Below are positions 11,765 to 24,136 of a stretch of DNA of 64,000 bases, in pieces. The DNA lies in NCBI GenBank assembly GCA_000004985.1, contig GG738878.1; one strand, given 5' to 3'. The position numbers were made by a program, and so were the translations under genes. The notes beneath the pieces were generated by a model. That model did not search any database and was not told the origin of the DNA. It was given only the letters and a program-made list of their open reading frames with translations. The stretch is from Naegleria gruberi. Lineage: Eukaryota. How positions within the stretch are numbered: the first letter of the stretch is position 1; every line of letters starts with the position of its first letter.

Positions 11765-13507
11765 TTAATAACTTTCATTCATACGAATGGTTTCGAATCG
11801 TTTAATATTCCACAACCATCCCTTTCCAATATCTCCAATATCATTTTGAAAAATATCTAAAAATCTCAAACTTTTCAATTCTGTTGTCCGACAAATATAT
11901 TCAACACCAATGAAGGATATTTGATTATCGCTTATATTAAGCTCTGACACATTATTGAGGTTTGTACTTTGTGCAAGGTATCTGACTCCTTCATCTGAAA
12001 TTTTACATTTTTGTAAAATGAGTTTTCTTAATTTGGAAAAGTTTTCATTCCTTGCAATGTGGAAAGCACCTTCTTTACCAATTGGATTACCAGATAATCT
12101 TATTACCGTTAAATTAATCAAGTATTGGCTTTTACATAGAAAACTGCATCCTAAACTCGTAATTTCTGTCAATCGATAATCAAGACTTGTAAGGTTCACT
12201 AAGGTTGGAGCATTTGCAACTCTTTGACATCCATAATCACCTTCCTCATATATTCCCAGATATTTAACTTTTCCCATATTGTTTCCATTTAAAATTAGTT
12301 CGCAGAGTTCGTCATTGATATGATGTAAGCAAATGTCAAGTTCGGTCAACTTGGAAAAATTGGTGCTTGACATTAATGATGTGAGACCTTCTTGAGTTAA
12401 ATTATTGTAATTGAGGGCAATAGACCGTAAGTTTCCAATAAATTCACTTTCAGCAATACACTTGACGGCTGGATCAGTAATTCCAATTTTACAAATATTC
12501 AATTTTACCAAATTCTGAAAGGCAGGATTTCTTGCCATCTCAATAATTGGATCATTTCCAATTTCCACATTCCTGCTCAGAAACAAATTCTTCAAATTAG
12601 TGAAATTTTGACTTGTTGCAAATGACATCATGCCATCAAAACCAATTTCACAATCGCATGCATTCAGAAGAGTTAAATTGGGCATTTTCTTACATTTTGC
12701 AATCGATCGCATGCCTTCATCACCAATTTTTGTTTTTTCTACAAACAAATTTGTCAAGTTTTTGAAATTCTCTGAACTGCACAGAAAATTCATTCCAATT
12801 TTGGTAATGGCACTTTGGCTAACATCCAAATGAGTTAATTTTGTTAAACATGGACTATTGGCAAGATGATTCATTCCTTCATCTGTAAAATCGTTGTATC
12901 CAATATCCAAATATGTTAAATTTTTTAAATTTTCACAAATGGAAATTGATAAAATTCCCTTATCAGTAATGTAATTTCCATTCAAGTTTAAACTTGTTAA
13001 ACTGTTAGTGATATCTTCAACTATGAAAGTTTCCAAACTGTAGTCTTGAATTCGGTTCAATGGAATGTTCAGCGAACGTAGGTTTCGAATATGAGAATTG
13101 GACGAAATCAAACGTATTCCACTATCTTCCAATCTTGATTCGTCTCTGAATTGACACGAAAAATCCAATTCTGTAATATTTGGAATAAATCTCGATTCTG
13201 AACTTGCCATTTTCTTTAGAATCGAATAAGCGCTTGTTGAACTCTTAATTTTATAGCTCAATTTGACGTGTTGCAGACTTTCGTATAACCATTGCTTGGA
13301 GATTAATGCACAGGTGGTTAGAATAAACTTGAGATCGAGGAAGGTCATGATTTGATAGCAAATATCATCTGGAATATCGAGATGATTGAATTTAGTTTGA
13401 AGTTTCTTTCGTATAAAAAAGTTTGGACATGATTGGGGACTTGATGTGGAATATGGTGTTGAAATTGAAGAAACATCTAAGGTGTAAATTGGATAGGCAA
13501 TCCTCAT
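11765..13507 (-). CDS. F-box/LRR-repeat protein (SCF substrate adaptor)
   Basis: The ORF is 580 aa. The F-box is at aa ~45-85 (ICYQIMTFLDLKFILTTCALISKQWL). It is followed by at least 14 cysteine-containing leucine-rich repeats (LxxLxLxxCxxITDxGl). Confidence 0.75.
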   Translation of the reverse strand: MRIAYPIYTLDVSSISTPYSTSSPQSCPNFFIRKKLQTKFNHLDIPDDICYQIMTFLDLKFILTTCALISKQWLYESLQHVKLSYKIKSSTSAYSILKKMASSESRFIPNITELDFSCQFRDESRLEDSGIRLISSNSHIRNLRSLNIPLNRIQDYSLETFIVEDITNSLTSLNLNGNYITDKGILSISICENLKNLTYLDIGYNDFTDEGMNHLANSPCLTKLTHLDVSQSAITKIGMNFLCSSENFKNLTNLFVEKTKIGDEGMRSIAKCKKMPNLTLLNACDCEIGFDGMMSFATSQNFTNLKNLFLSRNVEIGNDPIIEMARNPAFQNLVKLNICKIGITDPAVKCIAESEFIGNLRSIALNYNNLTQEGLTSLMSSTNFSKLTELDICLHHINDELCELILNGNNMGKVKYLGIYEEGDYGCQRVANAPTLVNLTSLDYRLTEITSLGCSFLCKSQYLINLTVIRLSGNPIGKEGAFHIARNENFSKLRKLILQKCKISDEGVRYLAQSTNLNNVSELNISDNQISFIGVEYICRTTELKSLRFLDIFQNDIGDIGKGWLWNIKRFETIRMNESY

Positions 13508-13786
13508 TGTATTTGTTGATATAATTTTTTTTAAAAACTAACTGGTTATATTTAGTAGGTAGTTTTTATTCGAAAGTTCATAACCATAGAACAATGAACT
13601 TCAAGTTACAATTCAATTAATTTCTCAGTTTTCAAAACATCAAATGTTATTTCAATTTTGGTCGCATCTAAACGAAACCCAGAACGAAATTCGAAATTCT
13701 ATTGAGAGAATAAATAAATATTAAAAAATTCAACAATAGTTTCAGATAACAACAATTTGAATTTATCCTTTAGTATTTGAATTGAT

Positions 13787-15121
13787 TTATCCTGAAGCAC
13801 CCTTCAAACCACTTTCCAAATGATCAGCTTCACGATTTCTTCTAGTAGAATATTTATCACCAAAGTTTCTCAAATTATTAACCATTCCCTTATAATCATT
13901 CTTAGTCAATTGACCAAAAAATCCAGGAGTGGCCTTCTTAATACTTCCATATTGATGTTGGACACTGTAAGCAACTGATTGGACAGATGATGGCAAATCC
14001 TTGAAATTCTTGACAGCATTTGGATTTTTGGCAGCAGCTGCTTCATAATCTTTGGCCAAGGAGGCAAGTGACTTGTCCATAACTGCCTTATCAATGGCTT
14101 TAGCTTCAGCAGGTGATAGGGATAATGGATTCTTTGATAGGAAATTCTTGGCAGCTTGTTGTTTCAAACCAGTATATGGAGAAAGTTTATCGACTAAACT
14201 AGGTGAAAGTCCAAGAGATTTCAAACCCTTAACATTTTGTTGTCCAATATCGAAACCAGTACCAACAGTAACACCTGATTTACCAACGACAGTACCTGAC
14301 TTGGATTGTGGAACGTAACCCTTAGTAGAGAATGCTTCATTCTTAGTAAGTAAACCCTTATCAATCTTGTAACCAGAAACAGTTGCAACAGAAGCAGCAG
14401 CAGGTTGTTGAGCTAGAGCTCTATTTTTGACAGATGTTTGAATGGCAGCAGCTGTCAACTTTCCAGTGACTGCAGGTTGAGCAGCAAAAGCAGCATTAAA
14501 ACGAGCAGTTAATGAATTGACACGTGGACCCTTAACATTCACAGCAGCAGCCTTAGCCATAGCAGAGAATGCCTTTGCCATATTTGGACCAACTAATCCA
14601 GTAAATGCCTTACTCAATGTAGGACTAACTTTTGAGAATTTACTGGTAATTGAGTTGGCTAATTTGGAAAGAGAAGCACGAGCTTGAGCTGCTTTGAGAC
14701 CTGCAGTACGAGTTCTACCTGCCATTCTACCTGCAAGACCCTTATTTGATTTGGTTGATTTGGAAGATGGTCCAGATCGTCCAGTTTTACCTGATGATCT
14801 ACCATTGGATTTACCACCACTGGATCTTCCATTGGATCTACCTGATCTACCTGATCTACCTGATTGACCACTGGATCTTCCACCTCTGGAACCTCCTCTG
14901 CTACCAGAGCTACCTCCACGGCTACCACCACCTCTGGAACCACCAGAACCTCCACGACCACCACCAGAACCACCGCCACCGCCACCGCCACTGGAACCAC
15001 CCTTGTAAGAATCTGCCAATTCGACAATTTCTGCCAAGAAGGAAGAGGATGCGGAAACTGCAATGATGGACACGGAAAGAATGGCCAAACAACACAAGAT
15101 TGTGAATGAGAGTTTCTTCAT
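13787..15121 (-). CDS. secreted protein with a cationic Gly/Ser/Arg low-complexity region plus a C-terminal phage-type lysozyme-like domain (paralog of 24377..25678)
   Basis: The ORF is 444 aa. The signal peptide is MKKLSFTILCCLAILSVSIIAVSA, followed by the conserved SFLAEIVELADS. Next come (GGS/GGR)n and (SGRS)n runs. The C-terminal ~190 aa are about 75% identical to the 24377 gene and carry E-G...GVTVGTGFDIG, ...LPSSVQSVAYSVQHQYG and ...YSTRRNREADHLESG. These resemble the GH24 catalytic-Glu/TIGxG, fAL.sfaFN.G and RR.aE motifs. Confidence 0.6.
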   Translation of the reverse strand: MKKLSFTILCCLAILSVSIIAVSASSSFLAEIVELADSYKGGSSGGGGGGGSGGGRGGSGGSRGGGSRGGSSGSRGGSRGGRSSGQSGRSGRSGRSNGRSSGGKSNGRSSGKTGRSGPSSKSTKSNKGLAGRMAGRTRTAGLKAAQARASLSKLANSITSKFSKVSPTLSKAFTGLVGPNMAKAFSAMAKAAAVNVKGPRVNSLTARFNAAFAAQPAVTGKLTAAAIQTSVKNRALAQQPAAASVATVSGYKIDKGLLTKNEAFSTKGYVPQSKSGTVVGKSGVTVGTGFDIGQQNVKGLKSLGLSPSLVDKLSPYTGLKQQAAKNFLSKNPLSLSPAEAKAIDKAVMDKSLASLAKDYEAAAAKNPNAVKNFKDLPSSVQSVAYSVQHQYGSIKKATPGFFGQLTKNDYKGMVNNLRNFGDKYSTRRNREADHLESGLKGASG

Positions 15122-15941
15122 TTCGTTTCGAATATTTTTTTTTAGATGATGAAAGAGTAACTAAATGTTTTTGAGAGTGGATTATTTTGCTGTTTGGTGG
15201 TTACTATAATGTACTCGCAGATTCCTTATTTGGATATTTTTGATTTGAAAGATAAAGTAAGATAATCAATACCGATTACAAAAAGTGAAAGATTACAATT
15301 GTAAAATATTGTAAATTGGGAGAAGGTGGAATAATTTCATTAAGATTTGTTTTATTGAGATTTTTTCAAGATATTTGTAATTTTTATTGTAAAGTGTGAA
15401 ACTGTAGTGAGTTTAGTTTTCTGGATTAGAAATGAAAATTTGAAATAATGCAATGTTTCATCCATATTTATATTGTTTATTCGAAATTTATTCTCCTTGA
15501 AACTGAAAATTATTCAAAGAAACAAAGTCATGAAACTAATCCAAACTGTAAATTGAAACTGTAAATAATTGACAAATATTACAAAAGCATCTCATATCGT
15601 ATAATTCTTCAGTGATGAGGGTTGATAACATGACGACTGCAGAATGCTGCAATTTTCCAATGGTTTGCTTTGGAAATGTCATTTTTATTCGAAACCAGCG
15701 CTTTTATGGACAAAAATGGAAAGAAACATATTTGCTTGTTGATTCATATGTTATTGGCAATGAGAGGAATACAGTCCTATCAAGAATTAGTTTCGTCCAT
15801 CTTTCGAATAACTAGGCTCAAAGATGACCGATATAAAGTGAGACTAATGCGAATTAATACGCCAATGAAAGAAACCATGTTTAAATGTACGATTCTTCAT
15901 ATTGAGATGCCCAATTCATATCAATTCACTCAACAAAAAGA

Positions 15942-16931
15942 ATGTCATCATCACTATTCGAAACCTCATCTGAAATGAAACATTCTTCCACTTTCCAACA
16001 AGAAGATTCCCAACACAACAACATGTACTATCTAAACAATACCTCAAAGACAATCCAAGAAGAACAACCTGAGGTTTTCAAATATTGGAAACATGTCAAG
16101 ATTCTTCTCAAGAACATTTTTATCCTAATCTACTTTTTCTCATCGAGTTTAATAACAAAAATTGTTACCATGTACATGGCCATTCCAAATGTTAAGATTT
16201 CTCAAGCACCTGCTCACGACATTCTTCTTTCCAACTTGACGAAACCTATTCGAATCGCCTTTACTTTATCAGAAACTATCACTGGCTTACTCGTTGTTAT
16301 TCTCATCACCTTGTCAATATTTAACAAAACTCATCGATTCTCCATCATGAGTAGGTTGCTATTCATCGTGGCGAGTATCATGAATTTGAGAGCTGTTTGT
16401 ATTGCTGTTACAACTTTCAGCGTTCCAACAATCGAATATTTGCAAACTTGTGGTCAATTGCAATCGTTGAAACCAGACGAAAGGTTTGTGAGGGCTGTTA
16501 ATATTTTTGGGTTTAGTGGAGGAGAAACGTGTGGAGATTATGTTTTTTCAGGGCATGCAACTTCGTTGAGTGTGGTTTGTTGGTTTGTTTGGTATTATTC
16601 GAATAAGGAATGGGTTGGAAGAATCTGGACGAATCTCTTGCTGATTATTTTGCATATTGTTGGATGTTTGGGAATATTGTTGGCCAAAGAACATTACACA
16701 GTTGATGTTTTACTTGCTTGCACTATTTCTCTTCTGGTTTGTCAATTGTATCATTCGTATTTGAAAGTTGCTTCGCTTGAACCACATTCGAAAGGTTTAT
16801 TCTTTTCAGTAATGGAATTTGACTTGAGTGAAGAAACTGAAAATGTGTTCGACAGCTCGATATTTGGTTATCTTTACGAAAAAATTGATGGAAACAAAAC
16901 TAATTTCGATCTAATCTCAGACAATGTATAA
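15942..16931 (+). CDS. sphingomyelin-synthase-like / PAP2-superfamily lipid phosphotransferase (SMS/IPC-synthase family)
   Basis: The ORF is 329 aa and multi-pass. SMS motifs are present: D3 as CGDYVFSGHATS and D4 as HYTVDVLLACTISLLVCQLYHSY. Additional 5' exons in 15600..15940 cannot be excluded. Confidence 0.7.
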   Translation: MSSSLFETSSEMKHSSTFQQEDSQHNNMYYLNNTSKTIQEEQPEVFKYWKHVKILLKNIFILIYFFSSSLITKIVTMYMAIPNVKISQAPAHDILLSNLTKPIRIAFTLSETITGLLVVILITLSIFNKTHRFSIMSRLLFIVASIMNLRAVCIAVTTFSVPTIEYLQTCGQLQSLKPDERFVRAVNIFGFSGGETCGDYVFSGHATSLSVVCWFVWYYSNKEWVGRIWTNLLLIILHIVGCLGILLAKEHYTVDVLLACTISLLVCQLYHSYLKVASLEPHSKGLFFSVMEFDLSEETENVFDSSIFGYLYEKIDGNKTNFDLISDNV

Positions 16932-16970
16932 TACTAAACTCATTTCTAATAAAATTTATCACTAGGTTTA

Positions 16971-19720
16971 TTAAACTTTCACCTCATCAAGCTCTTGATT
17001 CTTTGCAATTGAAGATGATTTCACATTCGCATACGAAAAATCTGATTTCTGCGTAACTTTCAAATAAACTTCTTCCAAAGTTGTTTGAGAAATTCCCCAA
17101 TCTTTAATTCCTAAAGTTGAATTTTCCAAATCTGAGATTAAATCCGATAATTCTGCAAGTTGCTGCTTGGGAATGTTAAAGATAAAGTTTCCAGCACTTT
17201 CGCTTACAATATTTACATTCGAAATTCGAGAGTTGACCATTGAAATAACATGTTGCTCGTGTCCAGTGTTGGCCACAACCATGAGATTGTAACCACTTCC
17301 ATATTGGGCTTTGATTGAAAGTGAATTTCCAACACATTTCAGTTGACCATGAGCCATGATAGCAATCTTGTCAGATAAATAATCGGCTTCGTCCATGGCA
17401 TGTGTGGTAAGAATCATGGCTCTTCCTTCTTTCATTTTGTGAATTAAATTCCATGCTTTCTTTCTTGAATATGGATCCTAATGAGGTGAATAAAGAAAAC
17501 TAAAGTTGTGAATAAACTTACCAAACCAGTGGTTGGCTCATCTAAGAGAACCAACTTTGGATTACCAATACAAGCAATACAAATGGATAATCTTCTCTTC
17601 ATACCACCTGAATAAGTCTTTGTCAAGTGATGGCCAACTTTTGACAAGTCAACCGATTCCAAAAAGTTGCTAACTTGTTCAGTTCTTTGTTTTCTTGGAA
17701 CTCCTTTCAAATCTCCAAACAATTCCAAATGCTCCTCAGCTGTCAAATCGTCCCACAAAATATCATGTTGTGGACACATTCCCAATTGCTTTCGAATATC
17801 TTCCATCGAATCTCTCACATTCAATCCAGCAATGAAAGCTTCACCAGATGATTGCTGGAACAGCCCAGTCAAAATATTCATTGTGGTTGATTTACCAGCT
17901 CCATTATGGCCCAACAAACTAACACATTGATTATCTTGCACAATTAAATTCAAACCTTTGAGAGCTTTCTTCTCAGAGAAGAATTTTCTAAATTTGGCGG
18001 GAAGAATTTTCAAAGCAATTTTGGCCAAGAATGAAGAAAATGTTCTTCTCAGTGAGATGATTCTGACAATGGCATTCTGATTGAAATCACGTGCCTTGGA
18101 AAACTCATTCTTTATATCTTGAGTTTCCATTTGATGCATATCAGTTTCGTCATTTGCATCAAGTTTCGACTTGGATTTCCATCTATTAATTCCCCAATAC
18201 GAAGGATATAAGAAGAAAATTGGTGACTTTCTAACACCATTTCCATCAGAAATTACATTATCACAATACCAATACAAGACGAGAAACAATAACCCATTAA
18301 GGAAAAGTGTTAAAATTCCCAACCACGAACCAGGAACATAATCGTAAGTGTTCTTTCCAATAAATAAATCTTCGATTGTGTAACCTGGACCAGTAACGTA
18401 CTTTCTTTGTGTGGAATCGTAAACTGGCAATGCTTTTACAGCAATGTCAATGAAAACCTTGGCAAAGTTGAAAGGTGGATAGAAGGAGAAGATTACAACT
18501 ATGAGAGGAGTGATGGAAGAGGAATAGAGCATGTAGACAATGTTACTATTCGAAACTGTCAAGTTCAAAATCTGAATCATGTTAATTTGAATGTGATGTT
18601 AATGAATAGTACTTACAAAGGAAATTGCCAAAACTGTAAATCCCAAAACTAGAGCAGATTTCGATTCCTTGATAAAAGTTGATAATAGGAAAGCTAAACA
18701 AATCAAGGAAAATGTGAAACTAAAGAATAATACATAAAGAACAATAAAGTCAGTATTCAAAAAGATTGAAATTTGAAAGATCATGCCACCAATCACATTG
18801 ACCAATGAGAAAACGGCACAGATAATCAAGAATGTAATGAACCATGATAGGAAATAGGCAGATTCTTTCATTCCCATCATAATCATGGCAAATCTTAGAC
18901 GAAACTCCTTCTCAACAACCAAACTATTCAATGAAATAATCAAGACAATCATGGCTCCAATACTAAAGAAGGTTGGTCCTGAATAATTGTACAATAAAAC
19001 TTCTCCATTCTTACTTTGAGGAGGTTGTGGAAAACTCTTAAAGTCAACCTGAATTGAATTTCTAGAATCAGCAAGTTCTTGAGTTCTGCCCAAATCTTTC
19101 ATTCTCAAATAAACAATGTTATTGTCAATTAGATTTTGTAAGGAGAGGAGTGGAGTTTTCAAATCCTCTCTAGTTCTATTATAGTACATGGTATATGAAA
19201 TGGTATCAATGGTATCTAGTGGACCATTTGGAATGAATGAAATACCAAACATGGTTTGATTTTGATGAGTGTACATCCAATTTTCCATCTCACTTTTGGT
19301 TGTAAACATTTTGTAATCAGTGTCTTGTTTCAAATTGTAATCAGAAATTAACAATTCCATTACCTTCTCTCCAAATGAAATACCATTAGCAGAATAAACT
19401 AATTTGTAACAAGCTCTTCCACCATTCGGTTTGCATTCGTAAAATTTTAAAGCAATTCCATTGTCATACGATTGTTGAGTTGGCACTTGAATTCCCTTAT
19501 GAATTAGCTCAATTGGCTGATGAATTGCACTCTCACCTGAAAAGTTAGCTTGCAAAACCTCCTTCATGACCACCAAAATCACCAAAATAATAATGGGAGA
19601 CAGCAATTGCATTCCAGTAGATTTCCATCTTCTTGTATAGAGCAGGAAATTCTTCTTTAACAAAATGAGCGTTTGTTTCAACACCTCCAACAGATAATTC
19701 ATAATAATAGTATTGAACAA
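16971..19720 (-). CDS. ABCA-subfamily ABC half-transporter (TMD-NBD), about 887 aa; three exons, approximately join(18617..19720, 17522..18571, 16971..17477)
   Basis: The N-terminus LKQTLILLKKNFLLYTRRWKSTGMQLLSPIIIL matches the ABCA leader. ABC-2 type TM helices follow. Walker A is GHNGAGKST. The signature/Walker B is [32 protein letters not shown]. After the splice comes PYSRKKAWNLIHKMKEGRAMILTTHAMDEAD. Minus-strand intron 1 is TTT|GTAAGT..ATTCAG| (45 nt). Intron 2 is GGTTTG|GTAAGT..CATTAG|GATCC (44 nt). Both joins are phase-consistent. Confidence 0.8.
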
Positions 19721-20004
19721 GAAAGTGTTGTTGAGACTTTTTTCTAATTGAGAGAGGAAGCATATGTTTCATTGGCACACGATTTTGAATGAGCTGTGAT
19801 TCGTAGGTGCGAACTTGTGGCAGTTAGCTGAGCTGTAAATTAGTTGGAGGTGAGAAGATCCTCCTTTTCAAACAATGTTAGAGAACGGAGAGTGCGATTG
19901 GAAGAGTCTGTTTGAACTTGTTGATAAGGGAGAAGCGAATTTGTTATTATTGTTTTTCATTAATCATTAAAAAACAAAAGTAAATCTCCAACCAATTAGA
20001 TCAT

Positions 20005-23000
20005 ATGAAAGAAACAAAGATTTTGGATGAGAATAGTGGTGGTGCTACTGCTACTACTACTGGCCAATCAGTGACAACTCCCATCGATTGTGATGATTTG
20101 TTAATGAAGAGTCGTGCTGGTAAGGAGTTGAATCAAGTGAGAGCATTGTTGTACAAATCATTGATGTTGCAAATGAAGCAATACAAGTAGGTTATTTCAT
20201 TGTTAATATTAGTATTCATGTATATTGTATTTTGTTCAACAAATACAGGTCAAATATTTGTCAATTGATATTCCCAGTCATTTGTTTAATGTTCATTTAC
20301 GTTTTACAAATAGTTGCAAATAGATTGATTGCAGGATTCTTTACAGGCAATGAGGGAGCTGCAGCAGTTGTTAGAATCAACTCTACATCTGTTGAACTTT
20401 CTCAACTCATGTATCAAGCAAAGATGCAAGCTCAAAACTTGACATTTAATCCTCCAGAGTCCCTCTTTTTCACCTCTGATAAGAATGACTATTTGAATAG
20501 TATTGGATTTGGTACCATGTCCTCTAATCAGTCTGGATCTAGTGGTTTCTTGGCTAATTTTTCTCCATGGTCCAGAAGTTCAGTCATGATGTTAGTGAAT
20601 GGTACCTTTGATGAGAAGGGAATGATTTCAATTCCATACTCTGTAACCTCTGCTTTTGGTAATGAAAGTACTATGGATGAAGTCATCTATGATAGAATGG
20701 GTGCTGTGGGAAAACTGAAAACTTGGATGCTGTTGGTGCCTATATTGTAAGAAAGTTGGACACCTCTGGTATCAATTACACTGTACAATTTGATTACCAT
20801 GAAAAGACTCAATTCTTTGCTGAATTCCTCTCAAAATCACCACTCACCTATATTGTTACAAGTGCTAGAGATGCTATTAGTGTTTCTCTTCAGAATTGGA
20901 TGAATGATGCCTTCCTGAAAAATCTTACTGGCTCTTTCAGAATTAGAACCTATACAGCTCAAATGACCTATGATACTCAATTAATTTCCTTCAGACTTTC
21001 TGACATGTTAGGTTCCTTCTTCTTTCCACTAATTCTTTCTCTATTATTACCAACATTTACCTTTACCATTGTTATGGAGAAGCAATACAAGTTGAGAGAA
21101 ATGATGAAATTGATGGGTATGAAGATGAGATATTACTTTTTGGTAACTTATGTATTTTTCTATGCAATGTATGCCCTCTCTGCTATTTTGTTCATCATCT
21201 TTTCTATTGCCTTTGATTTTAGATTTATAACCCAGACACATCCATTAATGTTAAGTAAGTATTCATTGCTTTTTCACATATATTTAACCAGGATACTTTA
21301 GTTTTCTTCTTCCTGTTGTGGGGAAATGTATTGATTAGTTTTTCATTCCTATTATCTTCGTTCATTGGTAAGACAATTGTAGCTACTATTGTTTCCTACT
21401 TGTTTGTTCTGATTGGACCAATGGTTGGTGTCCTTCTTGAACAAGCTCTCTATCCAAGTGCACCAGATGCAAGATATGGTCTCCTCTTATTGTTCCCTCT
21501 CCAAATTACTCACTTTGTCTTTGCTGCAACCAATTCATGTAATAACAATGCATGTTTGACAGATGTGGCTGATATTGTAAATAATGTATCTGTCCTCAGC
21601 TCACTTCTTTACATGTTGGGAGTTTCAGTGTTGTACTTCATATTGGGTCTGTACTTTGATGCCATTATTCCACAAACATTTGGTATAAGTAAACATCCAT
21701 TGTTCTTCCTGGAGTGGATGTGGAGGCCGTGTATTAAACGTCGTCTGAAGAGAGCTAAAAAGCACACTGAAAGTAAGAATCAAGTCCAACCATTTGGAGA
21801 TGAAGAAGGTGCTATTGATTACAATACCTCCGAAGTAATGGACAGTGATGTAGCTGAGGAGTTTAACAAGGTTAATCCAAGTAATATCACAGACAATGAA
21901 ATGCAAGAGCATGCTAGAAAATTGAAGGAAGAGCATGGTGTTGTCCTTTTCAATTTGGAAAAGAGTTTTGGAGGTAATAAGGCTGTTAAAGGTACCTGTC
22001 TCACTATTGGCAAATCTGAATGCTTTGGTTTGCTAGGTCTTAATGGAGCTGGTAAATCAACAACCATCTCAATGTTAGCAGGAATGTTTGGTCCAAGTTC
22101 TGGAACTGCATTTGTGTGCGGTAAAGATATTAGATATGACATGGACAGTATCCATCAAGTAATGGGCTTGACAGCACAATTTGATATTTTGTATCCTGAT
22201 TTGAGTTGTGAAGACCATTTACTCTTCTATTCCAGAATGAAGGGTGTGAAAATCAAGCACGAGAAGGAACACGTCCAATCTCTATTAAAACAAGTAGGTC
22301 TAGATAATGAAACTCTCAAAGTGAGATTCTCTCCAGCATCCAGCTCACTTTCAGGAGGTATGAAGAGAAGATTATCCATTGCCATTTCACTAATTGGTGA
22401 TCCGAAAGTAATCCTACTCGATGAGCCAACCACTGGACTGGATCCACTCTCCAAGAGACACTTGTGGGATATCATTCTCGCTCAAAAGAAGAATAGAACT
22501 GTCATTTTGACCACTCACTCCATGGAAGAAGCTGATGCCTTATGTGATCGAATGACCATCATGGTAAAAGGTTCTTTCAAATGCTTAGGTTCTGGTTTAA
22601 GATTGAAAAACAAGTTCGGAGATGGCTATTTGATGACCATCAGTTACCAACCAGAGAACCAAAACATTGCCGAGAAGTATGTCTACGATTACGTACCAGA
22701 GGCTGTGAAGGATCTGACTCTGAGTGGCATAACCATCTTCAAAATACCTCACCTTAATGCTCCTCATTCTCATCAAATAACAACAACAACAACAACAAAT
22801 CAAAACAGCAGCATAAGCCATAATAATAATAGTAGTGGGGAAAAGAATAGAACATTGGCTGGTTTGTTTAAACATATGGAAAGTGGAAAGGATCATCACG
22901 GAATTGAAGAGTGGGCTTTAAATCAAGTTTCATTAGAACAAGTCTTTTTGAATATAATTTCGAGTGATGCAAAGAGAAATCCATTGAAGGATGAATCCAA

Positions 23001-23043
23001 GTGGAAGCGATTAGCAACCATGTTCAAGCAATGTATCCATTGA
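20005..23043 (+). CDS. ABCA-subfamily ABC half-transporter (TMD-NBD), about 960 aa; four exons, approximately join(20005..20186, 20249..20705, 20756..21254, 21302..23043)
   Basis: It has an ABCA-type N-terminus and TMD. Walker A is GLLGLNGAGKST. The signature/Walker B is [33 protein letters not shown]. The H-loop is TTHSMEEAD. A poly-T/N insert follows (QITTTTTTNQNSS). Introns are AA|GTAGGT..ATACAG| (62 nt) and TTAA|GTAAGT..CTTTAG| (47 nt). The middle intron (GTGGGA..GAAAG, about 50 nt) is the only phase-compatible solution but has a weak donor. Confidence 0.75.
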
Positions 23044-23305
23044 GAGACCATTCTGTGCACTGTGTAAATAATAAAATTGTGCTCATCACATGATGTATTT
23101 TATTTTAAAAAATAATTTTAATTAAAAAATGGAAATTTGGATTGGCGAATACTCCATCTTACATGGTGGTTGTAAAAACTATATCACAATATTATTACAA
23201 TGACATGGCACAATGTCCAATTTGCTTCCATTTTCACAAATCATATTTTATGCTTTTTCCGGTTGGCTTCCAATCAAACTCTAAAAAAAAAAATAACAAG
23301 ACAAT

Positions 23306-24136
23306 ATGAAGCAAACCTTTTTCATTTTGGTTGTTGCTTTGATATTAGCCTTCGTAGGAGGTTTGGTCAGCGCCGATGTGATCGATCACACCAATAGAAT
23401 TCTCCCAGCGACTACTCCATATCATATGGGTATTTTACATACTTTTGATCCATTTACTTCATCATGGTCCTTTTATTGTAATAGACCAGGTGCCGGACCT
23501 GGAACAAACGATCAATTGGGTATTGTTGTTAATATGGGAAGTGATATTAGAATAATTGGTCCTAAAGTGTATAATGATGATAGTAATTTCCAAGTTGGTA
23601 TTCAAGGGGGAGAGACTGGCAAGATTATTGATTTGGGTACTGAAGATGATGTCAGCAAAACTTATGGTTGTTCAAACTGTTTTACTGGTATTAAATTTAG
23701 TAGTGATGGAGTTGTTTCAGTTTTAGATAAGACAAAGAATTTGAAGCCAATTGACCTTACTGCCATGACAGTGGATCATGCTTCAATTAAAGTAGGTCAT
23801 ATTTACTTGGTCAAGATTAGCAATGGAAATGATGATACTGCTCTTTTTGTAAAGTTTATTGCTACCTCAGTTCTTTATGGAGCAAACAATGCTGTGGAAA
23901 CTGTAACAATGAGACATCAACCAATGTATGTTAAAATTTCACAATCAACTGGAAGAGATTGCTCAGGTCATGTAGATCTTAATTCTGTTGTGGCTCAAGC
24001 TGAAACTGGAATTAGTTTGGCTGTTATTGGATTGGTGGCTACCATTTTCATTGGTGTTGGAAATGTTGCCTTCTTAATTTATTATTTTGCATTTGCAAAG
24101 GGAAAGAGAGGTGGTGTTTATGGAACTCTCCAATAA
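23306..24136 (+). CDS. hypothetical secreted/type I membrane protein
   Basis: The ORF is 276 aa. It has an N-terminal signal peptide (MKQTFFILVVALILAFVGGLVSA), a Cys-containing ectodomain and a C-terminal TM (GISLAVIGLVATIFIGVGNVAFLIYYFAF) with a short basic tail. No family recognised. Confidence 0.4.
   Translation: MKQTFFILVVALILAFVGGLVSADVIDHTNRILPATTPYHMGILHTFDPFTSSWSFYCNRPGAGPGTNDQLGIVVNMGSDIRIIGPKVYNDDSNFQVGIQGGETGKIIDLGTEDDVSKTYGCSNCFTGIKFSSDGVVSVLDKTKNLKPIDLTAMTVDHASIKVGHIYLVKISNGNDDTALFVKFIATSVLYGANNAVETVTMRHQPMYVKISQSTGRDCSGHVDLNSVVAQAETGISLAVIGLVATIFIGVGNVAFLIYYFAFAKGKRGGVYGTLQ

Noticed and set aside
14659-15109. Antisense and alternate-frame ORFs over the Gly/Ser/Arg-rich part of the lysozyme-like gene, including a His-rich 106-aa ORF and a Thr-rich 81-aa ORF
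   Set aside because: They are by-products of the (GGN)/(NCC) triplet-repeat coding region read in other frames. They have no start context of their own and lie wholly inside a well-supported gene.
22770-22800. The CAA/AAC trinucleotide run, and similar GGT/GGA/CCA runs at 14880..15000, considered as possible repeat or CRISPR-like arrays
   Set aside because: They are short in-frame coding microsatellites (poly-Thr/Asn and poly-Gly) inside ORFs. No spacer-repeat periodicity is present and the context is eukaryotic.
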